Shown piece after piece: positions 28,995-38,841 of a stretch of DNA of 64,000 nt. Positions within the stretch are counted from its first letter, which is position 1. Every line of letters begins with the position of its first letter. The position numbers and the translations under genes were made by a program. The notes under the pieces are model-generated. The model saw only the letters and a list, made by a program, of their open reading frames with translations, was not told the origin of the DNA and ran no database searches. This DNA comes from Dehalococcoidia bacterium (GTDB lineage: Bacteria; Chloroflexota; Dehalococcoidia; Lucifugimonadales; GCA-2712585), in NCBI GenBank assembly GCA_965247585.1, contig CBDFHC010000005.1, positions 896,334-960,333 on the forward strand, given 5' to 3'.

Positions 28995-29963
28995 TCAGCG
29001 CGCGCCATCGAAAGTGAGGGGGTCCTCCATAGCCATAACTTGGTCCAGGTACTCCCTGGCGGCGTCTTCAAGGGTGGGGTCCCCGGTCTTGAGGCAGCGC
29101 CGCAGGGCCTTCTTGGCCAGGGGTCCGCCAATGGTGCCTATGGCGCGCACCGCGGAGAGCTGCACCTCCAGATCATCATCGTCCATTAAGGGCACCAGGT
29201 GGGGTATGGCTTCCTCGTCCTCCAAGGCGGCGCAGGCGTTGGCGGCCTCGTAGCGGAGTGGAGGCACGGAGCTATTAAGCTCTTTGACGAGGATTTCCAG
29301 CCAGAACGGCTCCCCGGTTTTGCCCATGGCGTAAAGGGAGCTTCCCCTCAGGTCTGTGTCCTCGCTCTCGTAGGCCCACTGTATGTAGGCTTTGATGTCT
29401 TCAGTGTTGAAGCTGGCCGCTGCCTCCAGGGCGCGCCGGCGCACCTCCAGCTCCTCTTCCACATCCTGCAATGCGCCCAAGAGGCACTGCTGGATGCGTG
29501 CTTCATCCTTTCGCAGCAGTTTGGCGCCTTGGGCCAGATCGGCGAACTTGCCCAGGGCCAGGGCGGCGGACGCCCGTACCTCTGGTGACTGGTCCTCCCT
29601 GATGATCTGGCAGAGGGGCAAGATAATCACCCGGTCCTCGCACTCCCAGAGACCTTCAATGGCGCTCTGACGGACCGAGGAGTCGCGGTCTTTCAGGCAT
29701 TGACGAAGCACGGAACTAAAGTCCAGGTCCGTGTTTTCGTGAGCCATCTCCACCAGCTTGCCCACGACGGTGAGACGCCGCTCCGAAGGAACATCGGCCC
29801 AAGTGGCAGCGAAGGTGGCGGTCTCGGCGGCGGTTAGATTCGAAAGTTCAAAGAGAAGGGATTGTCCCAGCTCTGAACCAGCTTCCCTGATCTCCTGAAG
29901 GGATTTCTCAAGAGTCAACGCGAGCCTTCCTATTCCCGGGTTGCCACAGCCACGTTGGCGCAT
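28995..29963 (-). CDS. HEAT-repeat protein
   Basis: Repeated ..D.D..VR..A..ALG.. units (DRDSSVRQSAIEGL, DQSPEVRASAALALG, EELEVRRRALEAA, DDDLEVQLSAVRAIG). Confidence 0.7.
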   Translation of the reverse strand: MRQRGCGNPGIGRLALTLEKSLQEIREAGSELGQSLLFELSNLTAAETATFAATWADVPSERRLTVVGKLVEMAHENTDLDFSSVLRQCLKDRDSSVRQSAIEGLWECEDRVIILPLCQIIREDQSPEVRASAALALGKFADLAQGAKLLRKDEARIQQCLLGALQDVEEELEVRRRALEAAASFNTEDIKAYIQWAYESEDTDLRGSSLYAMGKTGEPFWLEILVKELNSSVPPLRYEAANACAALEDEEAIPHLVPLMDDDDLEVQLSAVRAIGTIGGPLAKKALRRCLKTGDPTLEDAAREYLDQVMAMEDPLTFDGAR

Positions 29964-31318
29964 AGGACGCTAGGTGTGAAGAGGGAGCCGCCGAGCCAGC
30001 GCCCGTCGTTGCCCAGGGCCTGCACAGCGTTGAGGACAGTATACACATTGCCGCTGATCACGGTGTTCTTGAGTCTTCCTACAATTTTACCGTTTTCTAT
30101 GCGATAGCCCAACAGGACGTTGGCATTAAAATCGCCGCCCAGGATGTTGCTCTGACCAGCGCCCAGGAGCCGCTCCACCACGATGCCGCTCTTTGCATCG
30201 GCGACCATATCCTGGAAGGAGGCGTCTCCCTGGGAGAGTACGGTGACGCTGGTGCCGGGGCCCGGAAGGCTGGCCAGGCCGCGGTGGGCGTTGCCGGTGC
30301 TCTCAGCGCCGGCCTGCCCGGCGGTTTGGAGGTCATAAAGGAAGGTGCTGATAACACCCCGGTCCACCAATGGAAGCCGCCTGCTGGGGATACCCTCATC
30401 GTCACAGAAACGGCTGCCGGGCACCATGGCCAGGGCGGGTTCGTCCCATATGCTGATTCGGGGGTCCAGCATCTTCTCGCCCAGCTTACCCACCAGAGGA
30501 GAGGAGCCTTGCAGTATGGACTTGCCGTTGAAGCCGGCCATGAGGGGTGAAAGGAGGGCGCCGGCGACGCCCTTAGGGGTGAAGATCACCGGAAGGTCGC
30601 CGGAAACTGGCGGTCCGATGACCCTGCCGTATTCCAGCTCCCTGGCGATGGCGTCCACCAGGGGCGCAGGGTCGTCAAAGGGGCGGCAGGAGCTCTTCCC
30701 GTCACCCAGGAAGAACATGTCGGTGCCCTTGATGAGGGTGCCGCCCAGGTAGGCGCTAAAGACGCTTTTGGTATAGCTGGCGTTGCCGCCGCGGGAGTTG
30801 ATCAGGGAGATGGTGGAGACGTCCCGGCTGATGGTAGCGTCGCATAAGAGCTCCGGCTCGTGCTTTCGGGCGCCGTCAATAAGACTCTGGCCCAACTGAA
30901 GCATGGCCTCCAGGGAATGGGCCTCTACGGCCGGGTCGTATACCTCTACGGGAACGTATTCCTGACTGGTTGGGAAGTCCATGGCGGCCTGGGGGCCGAA
31001 GGGGGCGGTCTCCAACGCGTTCTGGACCAGGTCGTCGGCATCGTCCAGACGGGTGGTGGAGGCGAAGCCAATCCGGCCATCCTTAATCAAGCGCAGGGCG
31101 AGGCCGGAGGACTGCCGCTGCTCCAGGGCTTTCAGCCGGTTGGCCTCGAATATCACCGGCTCGTTCCGGTGGGTAACGTGGAACACCTCGGCCTGCTGAG
31201 CGACGGCCTTCGCCTTGTCCAGCACCCGTTCCAGCAGAAGGTTATCGGCCGCCAATGAGACACCTCTGGATACGGATGTGAGGGCTGCCGTTGGAAACGG
31301 CCAGGGGTGACTGGCCAC
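29930..31318 (-). CDS. pmbA: PmbA/TldE-family metalloprotease subunit
   Basis: 462-aa ORF of TldD/PmbA type, downstream of tldD. An alternative TTG start at 31255 would cut the overlap with tldD to 14 nt. Confidence 0.8.
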   Translation of the reverse strand: MASHPWPFPTAALTSVSRGVSLAADNLLLERVLDKAKAVAQQAEVFHVTHRNEPVIFEANRLKALEQRQSSGLALRLIKDGRIGFASTTRLDDADDLVQNALETAPFGPQAAMDFPTSQEYVPVEVYDPAVEAHSLEAMLQLGQSLIDGARKHEPELLCDATISRDVSTISLINSRGGNASYTKSVFSAYLGGTLIKGTDMFFLGDGKSSCRPFDDPAPLVDAIARELEYGRVIGPPVSGDLPVIFTPKGVAGALLSPLMAGFNGKSILQGSSPLVGKLGEKMLDPRISIWDEPALAMVPGSRFCDDEGIPSRRLPLVDRGVISTFLYDLQTAGQAGAESTGNAHRGLASLPGPGTSVTVLSQGDASFQDMVADAKSGIVVERLLGAGQSNILGGDFNANVLLGYRIENGKIVGRLKNTVISGNVYTVLNAVQALGNDGRWLGGSLFTPSVLCANVAVATRE

Positions 31319-32621
31319 CCTTGCCGCAGCCGCCGCCCTGGTTCATGCTCAGATCGTTGGCCACGGCGTCCAGGCTCTCCAGGGTGGTGAAGAGGTTGCC
31401 GGAAAGGAGGACGGGCCGCACCAGCTCCTCCACCTTGCCGTTGCGGATGACGTTGGCCTGGCCGGCGGAGAAGGTGAACTGCTCCATGCTGGTCATGCCG
31501 CCGTACCAGTTGCCCACGTAGAGGCCGTCCTTCACATCGGCGATGACATCCTCGGCGGGGGTGTCGCCGGGCTCGATGAACGTGTTGGTCATGCGGACGA
31601 TGGGAGGGAACTGAGGGCCGATAGCGCGGGCGTTGCCGGTGACCTTCTCGCCCATCTTGGCGGCGGTCTCCCGGGAGTGGAGGCGGCCCACCAGCTCGCC
31701 CTCCTGGAGAAGATAGCTGCGGGTTGAAGGGACGCCTTCGTCGTCGTAGGCGTAGCTGCCGCGGAGGTCCGGGACGGCGGCGCCGTCCACCACGTTGATG
31801 TGCTTCCCACCGAAGCGGCGGCCCAAGACCATGATCTCCTTCATGCGGTCGTCTTCATAGACGTGGTCGGCCTCGGAAAGGTGGCCGAAGGCTTCGTGGA
31901 TGAAGACGCCGGCGAGGACGGGTTCCAGGACGACGGTGTACTCGCCGCCCTTGACCTGGGGCGCCCGGAGCAGCTCCATGGCGCGCTGGGCCACGCCCCG
32001 GGCCTCTTGGTGCAACCCCTCGATTTCTGAGTAGTCTCCGGCGGAGCCGAGGCTGACACCGGACTGCTGAACATCTGCGCCGTCACGGGCCACGGCGTTG
32101 AGGCGTAGGACTACGTCCAGCTTCTCCTGGTCTATGTAAGCGCCTTCAGAGGTGGCGAAGATGCGATGGCGGCGCGAATCGCTGTAGCCCACTGTGGAGG
32201 TGGAGATGCCCTCCACACTCCAGATTTCGTCCACGTACTGGTCCAGGAGGGCCTTCTTTTCGTGCAGGGGGACCTGGGACGGGTCCTTCTTCACCTGCCG
32301 CCGCACGGTGTCCACAATGGGCTCCACGGGGGCGAGGAGCACGGGGTCGCCGCCGACAAGGCGGGCGTTGCGCACCGCCGCGGCGACCTTTTCGTTCAGC
32401 TTTGCCAGGCTGTTGAAGGAGACGAAGCCCCACCCACCGCCGGCCAGGGCACGGACGCAGCCCCCGGCGCCGCTGGTGCGGTTGACCTCCTCCAGCTCCT
32501 TGCCGCGGTACCGGAGCGAGGTGGAGCCGGACTGGTCAATGCGAATCTCGATGTAGGTGGCGTCGTGTCCCTTCAGTGCGTCCTGGACGCGGTCTCTGAA
32601 GGCGAAGTTGCCGTTGTTCAT
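31242..32621 (-). CDS. tldD: TldD-family metalloprotease
   Basis: 459 aa. HEAFGHLSEAD (HExxxH) motif and the conserved C-terminal GGCGKGGQ region. Confidence 0.85.
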   Translation of the reverse strand: MNNGNFAFRDRVQDALKGHDATYIEIRIDQSGSTSLRYRGKELEEVNRTSGAGGCVRALAGGGWGFVSFNSLAKLNEKVAAAVRNARLVGGDPVLLAPVEPIVDTVRRQVKKDPSQVPLHEKKALLDQYVDEIWSVEGISTSTVGYSDSRRHRIFATSEGAYIDQEKLDVVLRLNAVARDGADVQQSGVSLGSAGDYSEIEGLHQEARGVAQRAMELLRAPQVKGGEYTVVLEPVLAGVFIHEAFGHLSEADHVYEDDRMKEIMVLGRRFGGKHINVVDGAAVPDLRGSYAYDDEGVPSTRSYLLQEGELVGRLHSRETAAKMGEKVTGNARAIGPQFPPIVRMTNTFIEPGDTPAEDVIADVKDGLYVGNWYGGMTSMEQFTFSAGQANVIRNGKVEELVRPVLLSGNLFTTLESLDAVANDLSMNQGGGCGKGGQSPLAVSNGSPHIRIQRCLIGGR

Positions 32622-32753
32622 TGCGGGTCCTTGTGAGGGGGCGCAGGTGTGGCGCCCGAGGCTAGAGGGATATTACATAGCGGCACCAGGGAGGCGCAAG
32701 GGGAGGGGGGATGATTCCTTGAGACCCCCTAAATCCAGTGCTAGAATCCCAGC

Positions 32754-33548
32754 GTGACTACGGCCAAGACCAAAGCGCCAAAGAGACCGGCCCGTCGTAA
32801 GGGCAGGCCGCGTAAGACTCCACACCTCCCGGCGCAGGATATTATCGATCTGCTGGGACCGTCTTACGGCCCGTATCAGCACGCCAGCCGGATGGACCCC
32901 GCCGAGGAGGTGGTCTACACCATCCTTTCGCAGCACACGTCCGATATAAACTCGATGCGGGCGTTCCACCAGTTGATGGCGGAGTTCGAGTCGCTGGAGG
33001 CGGTGGCGCAGGGGGACGTGCGCCGGATTGAGAGCGCCATCACGCGGGGCGGCCTGGCGAAGGTGAAGGCGCCACGGATCAAGCAGGTGCTGAACCTGAT
33101 TTTAGAAAAACGGGGCAACCTGGACCTGAGCTTCCTGGCGGAGATGCCGCTGCAGGAAGCGAAAGCATGGATGCGGGAGCTGCCGGGGATAGGGCCTAAG
33201 TCCGCCGCGGTGATTCTGTGTTTCTCGCTGGGGATGCCGGCCATGGCGGTGGATACCCACGTGCACCGGGTGGCGAAGCGGCTGGGGCTGATAGGCCCCA
33301 AGACCAGCGCCGACGACGCCCACGAGCTGCTGGAGCCGATGGTGGCGCCGGAGCAAGTGTACGCCTTCCACGTGGCGCTGATCACCCACGGCCGGAGGGT
33401 ATGCAAGGCGCTGCGGCCGCTGTGCAGCGAGTGCCTGCTGGCGTTCGGGTGCCCTTCTCGGGAGCTTGCCACGGCGCCGGTGAAGCCGAGCAAGGCGAAG
33501 GCTAAACCGGCCGGTAGTTCCGCTCGGACTGCAAAAGCCTCGGGCTGA
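32754..33548 (+). CDS. nth: Endonuclease III (HhH-GPD glycosylase with 4Fe-4S cluster)
   Basis: HhH LPGIGPKSAAVIL, catalytic-region VDTHVHRV, Cys cluster CKALRPLCSECLLAFGC. Basic N- and C-terminal extensions. Confidence 0.85.
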   Translation: MTTAKTKAPKRPARRKGRPRKTPHLPAQDIIDLLGPSYGPYQHASRMDPAEEVVYTILSQHTSDINSMRAFHQLMAEFESLEAVAQGDVRRIESAITRGGLAKVKAPRIKQVLNLILEKRGNLDLSFLAEMPLQEAKAWMRELPGIGPKSAAVILCFSLGMPAMAVDTHVHRVAKRLGLIGPKTSADDAHELLEPMVAPEQVYAFHVALITHGRRVCKALRPLCSECLLAFGCPSRELATAPVKPSKAKAKPAGSSARTAKASG

Positions 33549-33666
33549 GCGGAATTGGAGCGCCGGTGAGCAAGAGACGGATGCCGACCGGCGGGATTCT
33601 TTACGGCTTATCCGGCTGAGTTTATACTTCCAACCCTCTTCAGCCCGGGGCCAGGAAGGTGCCGAA

Positions 33667-34701
33667 GTGACCAAAGTTGGAATCATCAACGTAACCGGGT
33701 ACGCCGGGTCCGAGCTGGCGCGAATCCTGTACCGCCACCCGGAGGTGGAGATAAGCTGCGTTACGGGCCGAAGCGCGGCGGGGCAGCGGCTGGGCGAGGT
33801 GTTCCCGCACCTGGCTGATATAGACCTGCCCATAGAGGCGGATATTGAAGGGAGCGTGGACCTGGTCTTTTCGGCGCTGCCGCACAAGGCCAGCGCGGAG
33901 AGGGTGATCCCGCTGCTGGAGGGTGGGATCAGGGTGGTGGACATAAGCGCCGACTTCCGGCTAAAGGACGTGGGGCAGTTTGAGGAGTGGTACAAGGTGG
34001 AGCACCCCGGACCACAGTACCTGGAAGAGGCGGTGTATGGGTTGACGGAGCTGCACCGGGACGAGGTGGCTGGGGCGCGGCTGATAGCCAACCCGGGCTG
34101 CTATCCCACCAGCGCGATTCTGGCCATGGCCCCGGCGGTACGGGAGGGGATTATACAGCCGGACGTGGTGATAGACGGCAAGTCTGGCGTGTCCGGGGCG
34201 GGGCGGGGGCTGAGCTTAAGCACCCACTTTTCCGAAGTGAACGAGAACCTGATGGCCTATTCCGTCCGGGGGCACCGGCACCTGCCGGAGATAGAGCAGG
34301 AGCTTTCGCTGCTTACGGAAAGTCCGCCTGCGGTAACGTTCCTCACGCACCTGGTCCCCATGACGAGGGGCATTCTGAGCAGTTGCTACGCGAGGTTGAA
34401 GGACGGAGCGTTTGCGTCGGCGGCGGAAGCGGAGAAAGCTGTCGTAGAGCTGTACCAGGAATTCTATCAAGACGAGCCCTTCGTGAAAGTGTGCGCCGAA
34501 CCGCCGCAGACAAAGCAGACCTGGGGCAACAACCTGTGCCTGGTTTATCCGTTTGTAGACGCCAGGACCGGCCGGCTCATTGTGATTAGCTGTCTGGACA
34601 ATTTAGTAAAAGGCGCGGCGGGACAGGCGGTGCAGAACATGAACCTGATGTTGGGAATGCCGGAGAGCACGGCGCTGGAGCCGTTGGCGATTTATCCGTA
34701 G
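33667..34701 (+). CDS. argC: N-acetyl-gamma-glutamyl-phosphate reductase
   Basis: GYAGSELARIL, active-site NPGCYPTS, KSGVSGAGR, DNLVKGAAGQAVQNMN. Confidence 0.9.
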   Translation: MTKVGIINVTGYAGSELARILYRHPEVEISCVTGRSAAGQRLGEVFPHLADIDLPIEADIEGSVDLVFSALPHKASAERVIPLLEGGIRVVDISADFRLKDVGQFEEWYKVEHPGPQYLEEAVYGLTELHRDEVAGARLIANPGCYPTSAILAMAPAVREGIIQPDVVIDGKSGVSGAGRGLSLSTHFSEVNENLMAYSVRGHRHLPEIEQELSLLTESPPAVTFLTHLVPMTRGILSSCYARLKDGAFASAAEAEKAVVELYQEFYQDEPFVKVCAEPPQTKQTWGNNLCLVYPFVDARTGRLIVISCLDNLVKGAAGQAVQNMNLMLGMPESTALEPLAIYP

Positions 34702-34727
34702 CCAAGCTATACTGGGTGGCTAACGCG

Positions 34728-34805
34728 GCCCCCATCGTCTAGCCGGCCTAGGACGCCAGCCTTTCAAGTTGGAGATCAGGGGTTCGAACCCCCTTGGGGG
34801 CACCA
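34728..34805 (+). tRNA. tRNA-Glu (anticodon UUC), CCA encoded
   Basis: Manual cloverleaf: acceptor GCCCCCA/TGGGGGC, anticodon stem CCAGC/GTTGG with loop CTTTCAA, T-arm AGGGG-TTCGAAC-CCCCT, 3' ACCA. Confidence 0.92.
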
Positions 34806-34853
34806 CCCACGCGCAGAACTGGTTCGCCATATTTCTACTGTTCAGGAGGCGTC

Positions 34854-35084
34854 ATGGCCATTGACCTGCGGAAGGTACGTCCCGTGGTTGAGGAGCATAT
34901 ACGCGTCTCCTACGGAGATATTCACAATCCGGAGATAGCCGGATTCATAGAGGTTTCGGGGGGCAAGGAGGTGGTGGTGCTGCTTCGGTTTCAGAAGGAA
35001 GGGGAGCTGGCACTCCCTGGGGTGGCGGCCTTCTATGTTTCCGGGGAGACCAATCCCGCGGTCAAAATGTTCGTTGTGGCGTAG
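34854..35084 (+). CDS. Small conserved hypothetical protein, paralog A (76 aa)
   Basis: AGGAGG lies 5 nt upstream of ATG 34854. Homologous to the core of the next ORF (VRP..EH.R.SYG.I.N.E..G..E......VAAFY). Confidence 0.6.
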   Translation: MAIDLRKVRPVVEEHIRVSYGDIHNPEIAGFIEVSGGKEVVVLLRFQKEGELALPGVAAFYVSGETNPAVKMFVVA

Positions 35085-35129
35085 GAGCCATACCTGGAAT
35101 TCTTCAGGCAGCTTTGGAGGGCATTGAGC

Positions 35130-35543
35130 ATGTTCTGGAGACGAAAGGCCAAGGCGCCTTCGGAGCAGGCGCCGCCACAGCCTGAAATCAGCCTACCCCA
35201 GGTGCAGGAGGTGCGTCCCGCCATAATGGAGCACCTGCGGGGCAGCTATGGCAGCATTTCCAACCTGGAGATGCTGGGCGCGTTTGAGCCAGAACAAGTG
35301 GACGGCTTTGCGGCCATGGTGTTGACCAGGTTCAACATAGACATATTTGGGCAAGACAAAAGGGAGGGAGTGGCGGCCTTTTACTTCAAGCCCGGCAGCA
35401 GTGAAGTGTACCTCTGCGGGGTGATAACCACGCCGCCGGTAGAGACGCCCGCCGGTGAAGAGGACGAAAGCGCGCCAACGGAGGGGGTGGAGGACGAGGT
35501 TAGGACCATCCTGGGCATGAAGGTGGCGGAGCGGGTGGATTAA
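35130..35543 (+). CDS. Small conserved hypothetical protein, paralog B (137 aa, with extra N- and acidic C-terminal tails)
   Basis: GGAGG upstream of ATG 35130. The core aligns with paralog A (VRPAIMEHLRGSYGSISNLEMLGAFE...GVAAFYFKPG). Confidence 0.6.
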   Translation: MFWRRKAKAPSEQAPPQPEISLPQVQEVRPAIMEHLRGSYGSISNLEMLGAFEPEQVDGFAAMVLTRFNIDIFGQDKREGVAAFYFKPGSSEVYLCGVITTPPVETPAGEEDESAPTEGVEDEVRTILGMKVAERVD

Positions 35544-35552
35544 GAGGCCCGG

Positions 35553-36488
35553 CTAGCCTACCCGTTTAAGCAGGGGATCAATGGCGTCCAGGAATCCCTT
35601 GGTGTTGTCTCCGGGGACCAGGTGTCCGGCGTTAAGGACCACGGCCCCGCTACAGTCCGGAATCAACTCTATCATTCGGTCCATCGTCTCCTCGTCGAAC
35701 ACGTCGCTGTTGGCGCCGCGCACCACCATTACGGGGCAACTTATGGACTCCAGGCATTGCCAAAGGCGGTCGGCGGGCCAGGTGGGGGGATTGAAGTCCG
35801 GGGAACGAATGGCCTTGTCGTATTTCCAGCTCCACTTGCCGTTGGGCATCTGGCGGATCGCATGCTGGAGGCTGCCGTGGACCATCCAGGCCGGCCGGCC
35901 GGTGTACTCCTGCACCCGTAGGGCGAATTCCTCATAGGAGTCCAGCGCATCTGGCAGGGTGACGAATTGGCGGATGCGCCGTGCGCCGGTGGAGGTGGTC
36001 TGGGGCCCGGTATCGACGATGACCAACGCTTTGAGCAGCTCCGGGCGCCGCGACGCGAACACGTAAGCGCTCCGTCCGCCCATGGAGTGTCCAATAAGGA
36101 TGAAGTCACGGAGGCCCAGCGCGTCTACGAAGGCGTCCAGGTCCAATTGGTGGGCCTCTATCGAGTAGTCGCCGTCCGGGGGCCACTCGGAATCACCGTG
36201 GCCCCGGGCGTCCATGGCGACGACGCGGAAGCGGTCGGCCAGGGCCAGGGAGACGAAGTCCCAGCTATGGGCCTGCTGGGCGACGCCGTGGAGGAGGAGG
36301 ATGGCCGGCCCCTCCGGCTCGCCCCATTCCAGGCAGTGGAAATCAAGGCCACCGGTCCCCACCTGGATGGAACGGGGCCTCACCTCTTTGTTGAAGGGGA
36401 CGTTGAACCGGCGGGCGGCCTCAAAGAGGTCCAGGCCTCGCTGCTCTTCTTGATTTGGCATCACCACGCTCCTGACTGTCGTGAGCAT
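35553..36488 (-). CDS. Alpha/beta-fold hydrolase
   Basis: HGVAQQAHSWD, nucleophile elbow GHSMGG, C-terminal GHLVP. Likely start at ATG 36461. Confidence 0.8.
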   Translation of the reverse strand: MLTTVRSVVMPNQEEQRGLDLFEAARRFNVPFNKEVRPRSIQVGTGGLDFHCLEWGEPEGPAILLLHGVAQQAHSWDFVSLALADRFRVVAMDARGHGDSEWPPDGDYSIEAHQLDLDAFVDALGLRDFILIGHSMGGRSAYVFASRRPELLKALVIVDTGPQTTSTGARRIRQFVTLPDALDSYEEFALRVQEYTGRPAWMVHGSLQHAIRQMPNGKWSWKYDKAIRSPDFNPPTWPADRLWQCLESISCPVMVVRGANSDVFDEETMDRMIELIPDCSGAVVLNAGHLVPGDNTKGFLDAIDPLLKRVG

Positions 36489-36600
36489 AATACCCTAGCC
36501 GTCAATAGCCCCTGGGGTGGCGATTCGCGGCGCGGAGGGGCGATCAATCGTCTATATCCCATTAGCTTGACTGACCCTGAGCACGGCCATAGAATCGAAA

Positions 36601-37095
36601 GTGGACAGACTGTTGATGGATGGACGAAAAGCACCCAATAGAATACCAGCCAAGGGCAAAGTGACAAATCTGGTTTCTGCGGGCGGCGTGGTTTACAGGG
36701 TGCGAAACGAGGACGTTGAGATAGCGCTGTGCGGCAGGCGGGTACCCGCCCGCTGGAGCCTGCCCAAGGGCACGCCGGACGAAGGGGAGACCATCGTCCA
36801 GACGGCAATCAGGGAGGCCCAGGAGGAGACGGGCCTGGTGGTGGAGGTGGAGGCGCCCATTGGCAGCATAAACTACTGGTTTGTAGCTGGACAGGACCAT
36901 ACCCGGCTAAACAAGACGGTCCACTTCTATCTGATGAAGTCCACAGGCGGGTCAACGGAAGACCACGACCCGGAGTTTGACGTGGTGCAGTGGTTCGAGG
37001 CTGAGGCGGCGTTGAAGCATCTTGCCTTCGCCAACGAGGCCCGTATCCTGGACCAGGCGCTGGTCATTTTGCGGCAGAAGGCGGAAAAGGACTGA
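36601..37095 (+). CDS. NUDIX hydrolase
   Basis: Nudix box GTPDEGETIVQTAIREAQEETGL. Confidence 0.8.
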   Translation: MDRLLMDGRKAPNRIPAKGKVTNLVSAGGVVYRVRNEDVEIALCGRRVPARWSLPKGTPDEGETIVQTAIREAQEETGLVVEVEAPIGSINYWFVAGQDHTRLNKTVHFYLMKSTGGSTEDHDPEFDVVQWFEAEAALKHLAFANEARILDQALVILRQKAEKD

Positions 37096-37096
37096 T

Positions 37097-37663
37097 ATGG
37101 AGCTTCGCGGAGCGTCGATCATCATTCGGGAGAAACGGATGGAGGACGCCGAAACCGAGTACGAGTGGCGCATTGACCCGGAGCTGTCGGAGCTGGATGC
37201 CGCGCGCCCCCTGGTGATGAGCTATGAGGAGTTCCTCCGAATATTCAAGGCGCAGTTCGACTATCCAACGCCCTGGGTGAAAAGATTGTCCGTGGAGACC
37301 GATGACGGCATCCACATTGGCAACATCATGTACTACGACATTGACACGGTGACCAAAGAGGCGGAGATCGGCATCATGATCGGCAACCGTGGCTACTGGA
37401 GCAAGGGCTACGGGTTCGACATCTTGATCACGCTCATAGACCACATCTTCTCCAACACTTCGCTGAAGCGGCTGTACCTGCACACGCTGGACTGGAACCA
37501 CCGGGCGCAACGATGCTTTGAGAAGTGCGGGTTCAGGCCGTTGAAGAAGGTGCGGCGGATGAGCCGTAACTTCATCCTGATGGAAGTGATGTACAAGGAG
37601 TGGGAGAATATCCGGGACCAGAAGCTGGCGGAACGGGAAGCGCTGACAGAGGCGCGGAGCTAG
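37097..37663 (+). CDS. GNAT-family N-acetyltransferase
   Basis: ATG 37097 lies 2 nt after the NUDIX stop. IGNRGYWSKGYG (acetyl-CoA loop) and RAQRCFEKCGF. Confidence 0.8.
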   Translation: MELRGASIIIREKRMEDAETEYEWRIDPELSELDAARPLVMSYEEFLRIFKAQFDYPTPWVKRLSVETDDGIHIGNIMYYDIDTVTKEAEIGIMIGNRGYWSKGYGFDILITLIDHIFSNTSLKRLYLHTLDWNHRAQRCFEKCGFRPLKKVRRMSRNFILMEVMYKEWENIRDQKLAEREALTEARS

Positions 37664-37860
37664 CAGATGGTTTTATCGCCGGGGTCCCCTCGCGTTCCCC
37701 TGAAAAAGCACTCATCGTCCACCTGAGACGCCCTCAGAATCTAAAATTAAACCCTACTGGGCGGCTGAGTGGGAACTACCAACCTTGGATTCTTAGCCCT
37801 TACGCGAGGCGAACGCTTCGCCATGGCTGATTCTCAAGGCAACCAACCTGAGAGGCGGGC

Positions 37861-38790
37861 CTACGCGGCGGGAGGCTGGGGCGGAGGGGCAGGGGCGGGG
37901 TTGTACAGGTCCACTCCCATAGTGACGGGGAACAATTTTATCAGCTCCTCCACCGTCCAGCGGCCGTCCTTATGGATGGTGCGCACCGGGGCGGGCTCGT
38001 TAAGCAGGCTGACCAAACCGTCCGTGACGTAAAAGACGCGCCCGTTGACGTGACGGGCCTCGTCAGAGGCCAGCCAGGTGATGAAGGGGGCGATGTCTTC
38101 GCCCTGGCCCTGGAGGGCGCCGGACCCAGCGCCGGTGATGCCCCGGGCGCTACGGAGCTGCCGGGCACTGTCCGGTATGGCGCCGATCATTCGGGTCTGA
38201 GCGCTGGGGGCAATGGAGTTGGCGGTGACGCCGTAGCGGCCCATGTCCCGGGCCACCACTCTGGTGAATCCGGCGATGCCATCTTTAGCAGCGCCGTAGT
38301 TGGCCTGCCCGGAGTTGCCGATCAGGCCGGAGGTGGAGCTGAAGGTAATGACGCTCCCGGAGCGCTGCTGGCGAAATAGAATGCAGGCGTTCTTTACCAC
38401 GGAGAAGGTCCCTTTTAAGTGGACGGCGATAACGTCGTCCCATTCCTGTTCCGTCATGTTGAATACCATGCGGTCGCGCAGAATGCCGGCGCAGGTTACC
38501 ACCACGTCCAGCTTGCCGAAGGAGTCCAGGGCGGTCTGGACGATGGCCTCGCCGCCAGACATGGTGACCACCGACTCGTGGCAGGCCACAGCCTGGCCGC
38601 CGGCGTCCGCGATCTCTTTGACCACCTGGTCCGCGATGGAGGTGGAGCCGCCGCTGCCGTCCACTTCTACGCCGGGGTCCACGACAACCACCTTGGCGCC
38701 CTCGGAAGCCATGAGGACGGCAACGCCCTTGCCAATGCCCCGCCCGGAGCCGGTAACTATGGCCACCTTGTCTTGCAGCATGTTGCCCAT
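37861..38790 (-). CDS. SDR-family dehydrogenase resembling the (3R)-hydroxyacyl-CoA dehydrogenase domain of MFE-2, copy 1
   Basis: VTGSGRGIGKG, DGSGGSTSIADQVVKEI, catalytic YGAAK. 309 aa, and clearly paralogous to the adjacent ORF. Confidence 0.85.
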   Translation of the reverse strand: MGNMLQDKVAIVTGSGRGIGKGVAVLMASEGAKVVVVDPGVEVDGSGGSTSIADQVVKEIADAGGQAVACHESVVTMSGGEAIVQTALDSFGKLDVVVTCAGILRDRMVFNMTEQEWDDVIAVHLKGTFSVVKNACILFRQQRSGSVITFSSTSGLIGNSGQANYGAAKDGIAGFTRVVARDMGRYGVTANSIAPSAQTRMIGAIPDSARQLRSARGITGAGSGALQGQGEDIAPFITWLASDEARHVNGRVFYVTDGLVSLLNEPAPVRTIHKDGRWTVEELIKLFPVTMGVDLYNPAPAPPPQPPAA

Positions 38791-38841
38791 TTCAGCCTCT
38801 ATGCTCAGGTTCGGTTTGTCCGCAGGGATGGACCGCCGGGC

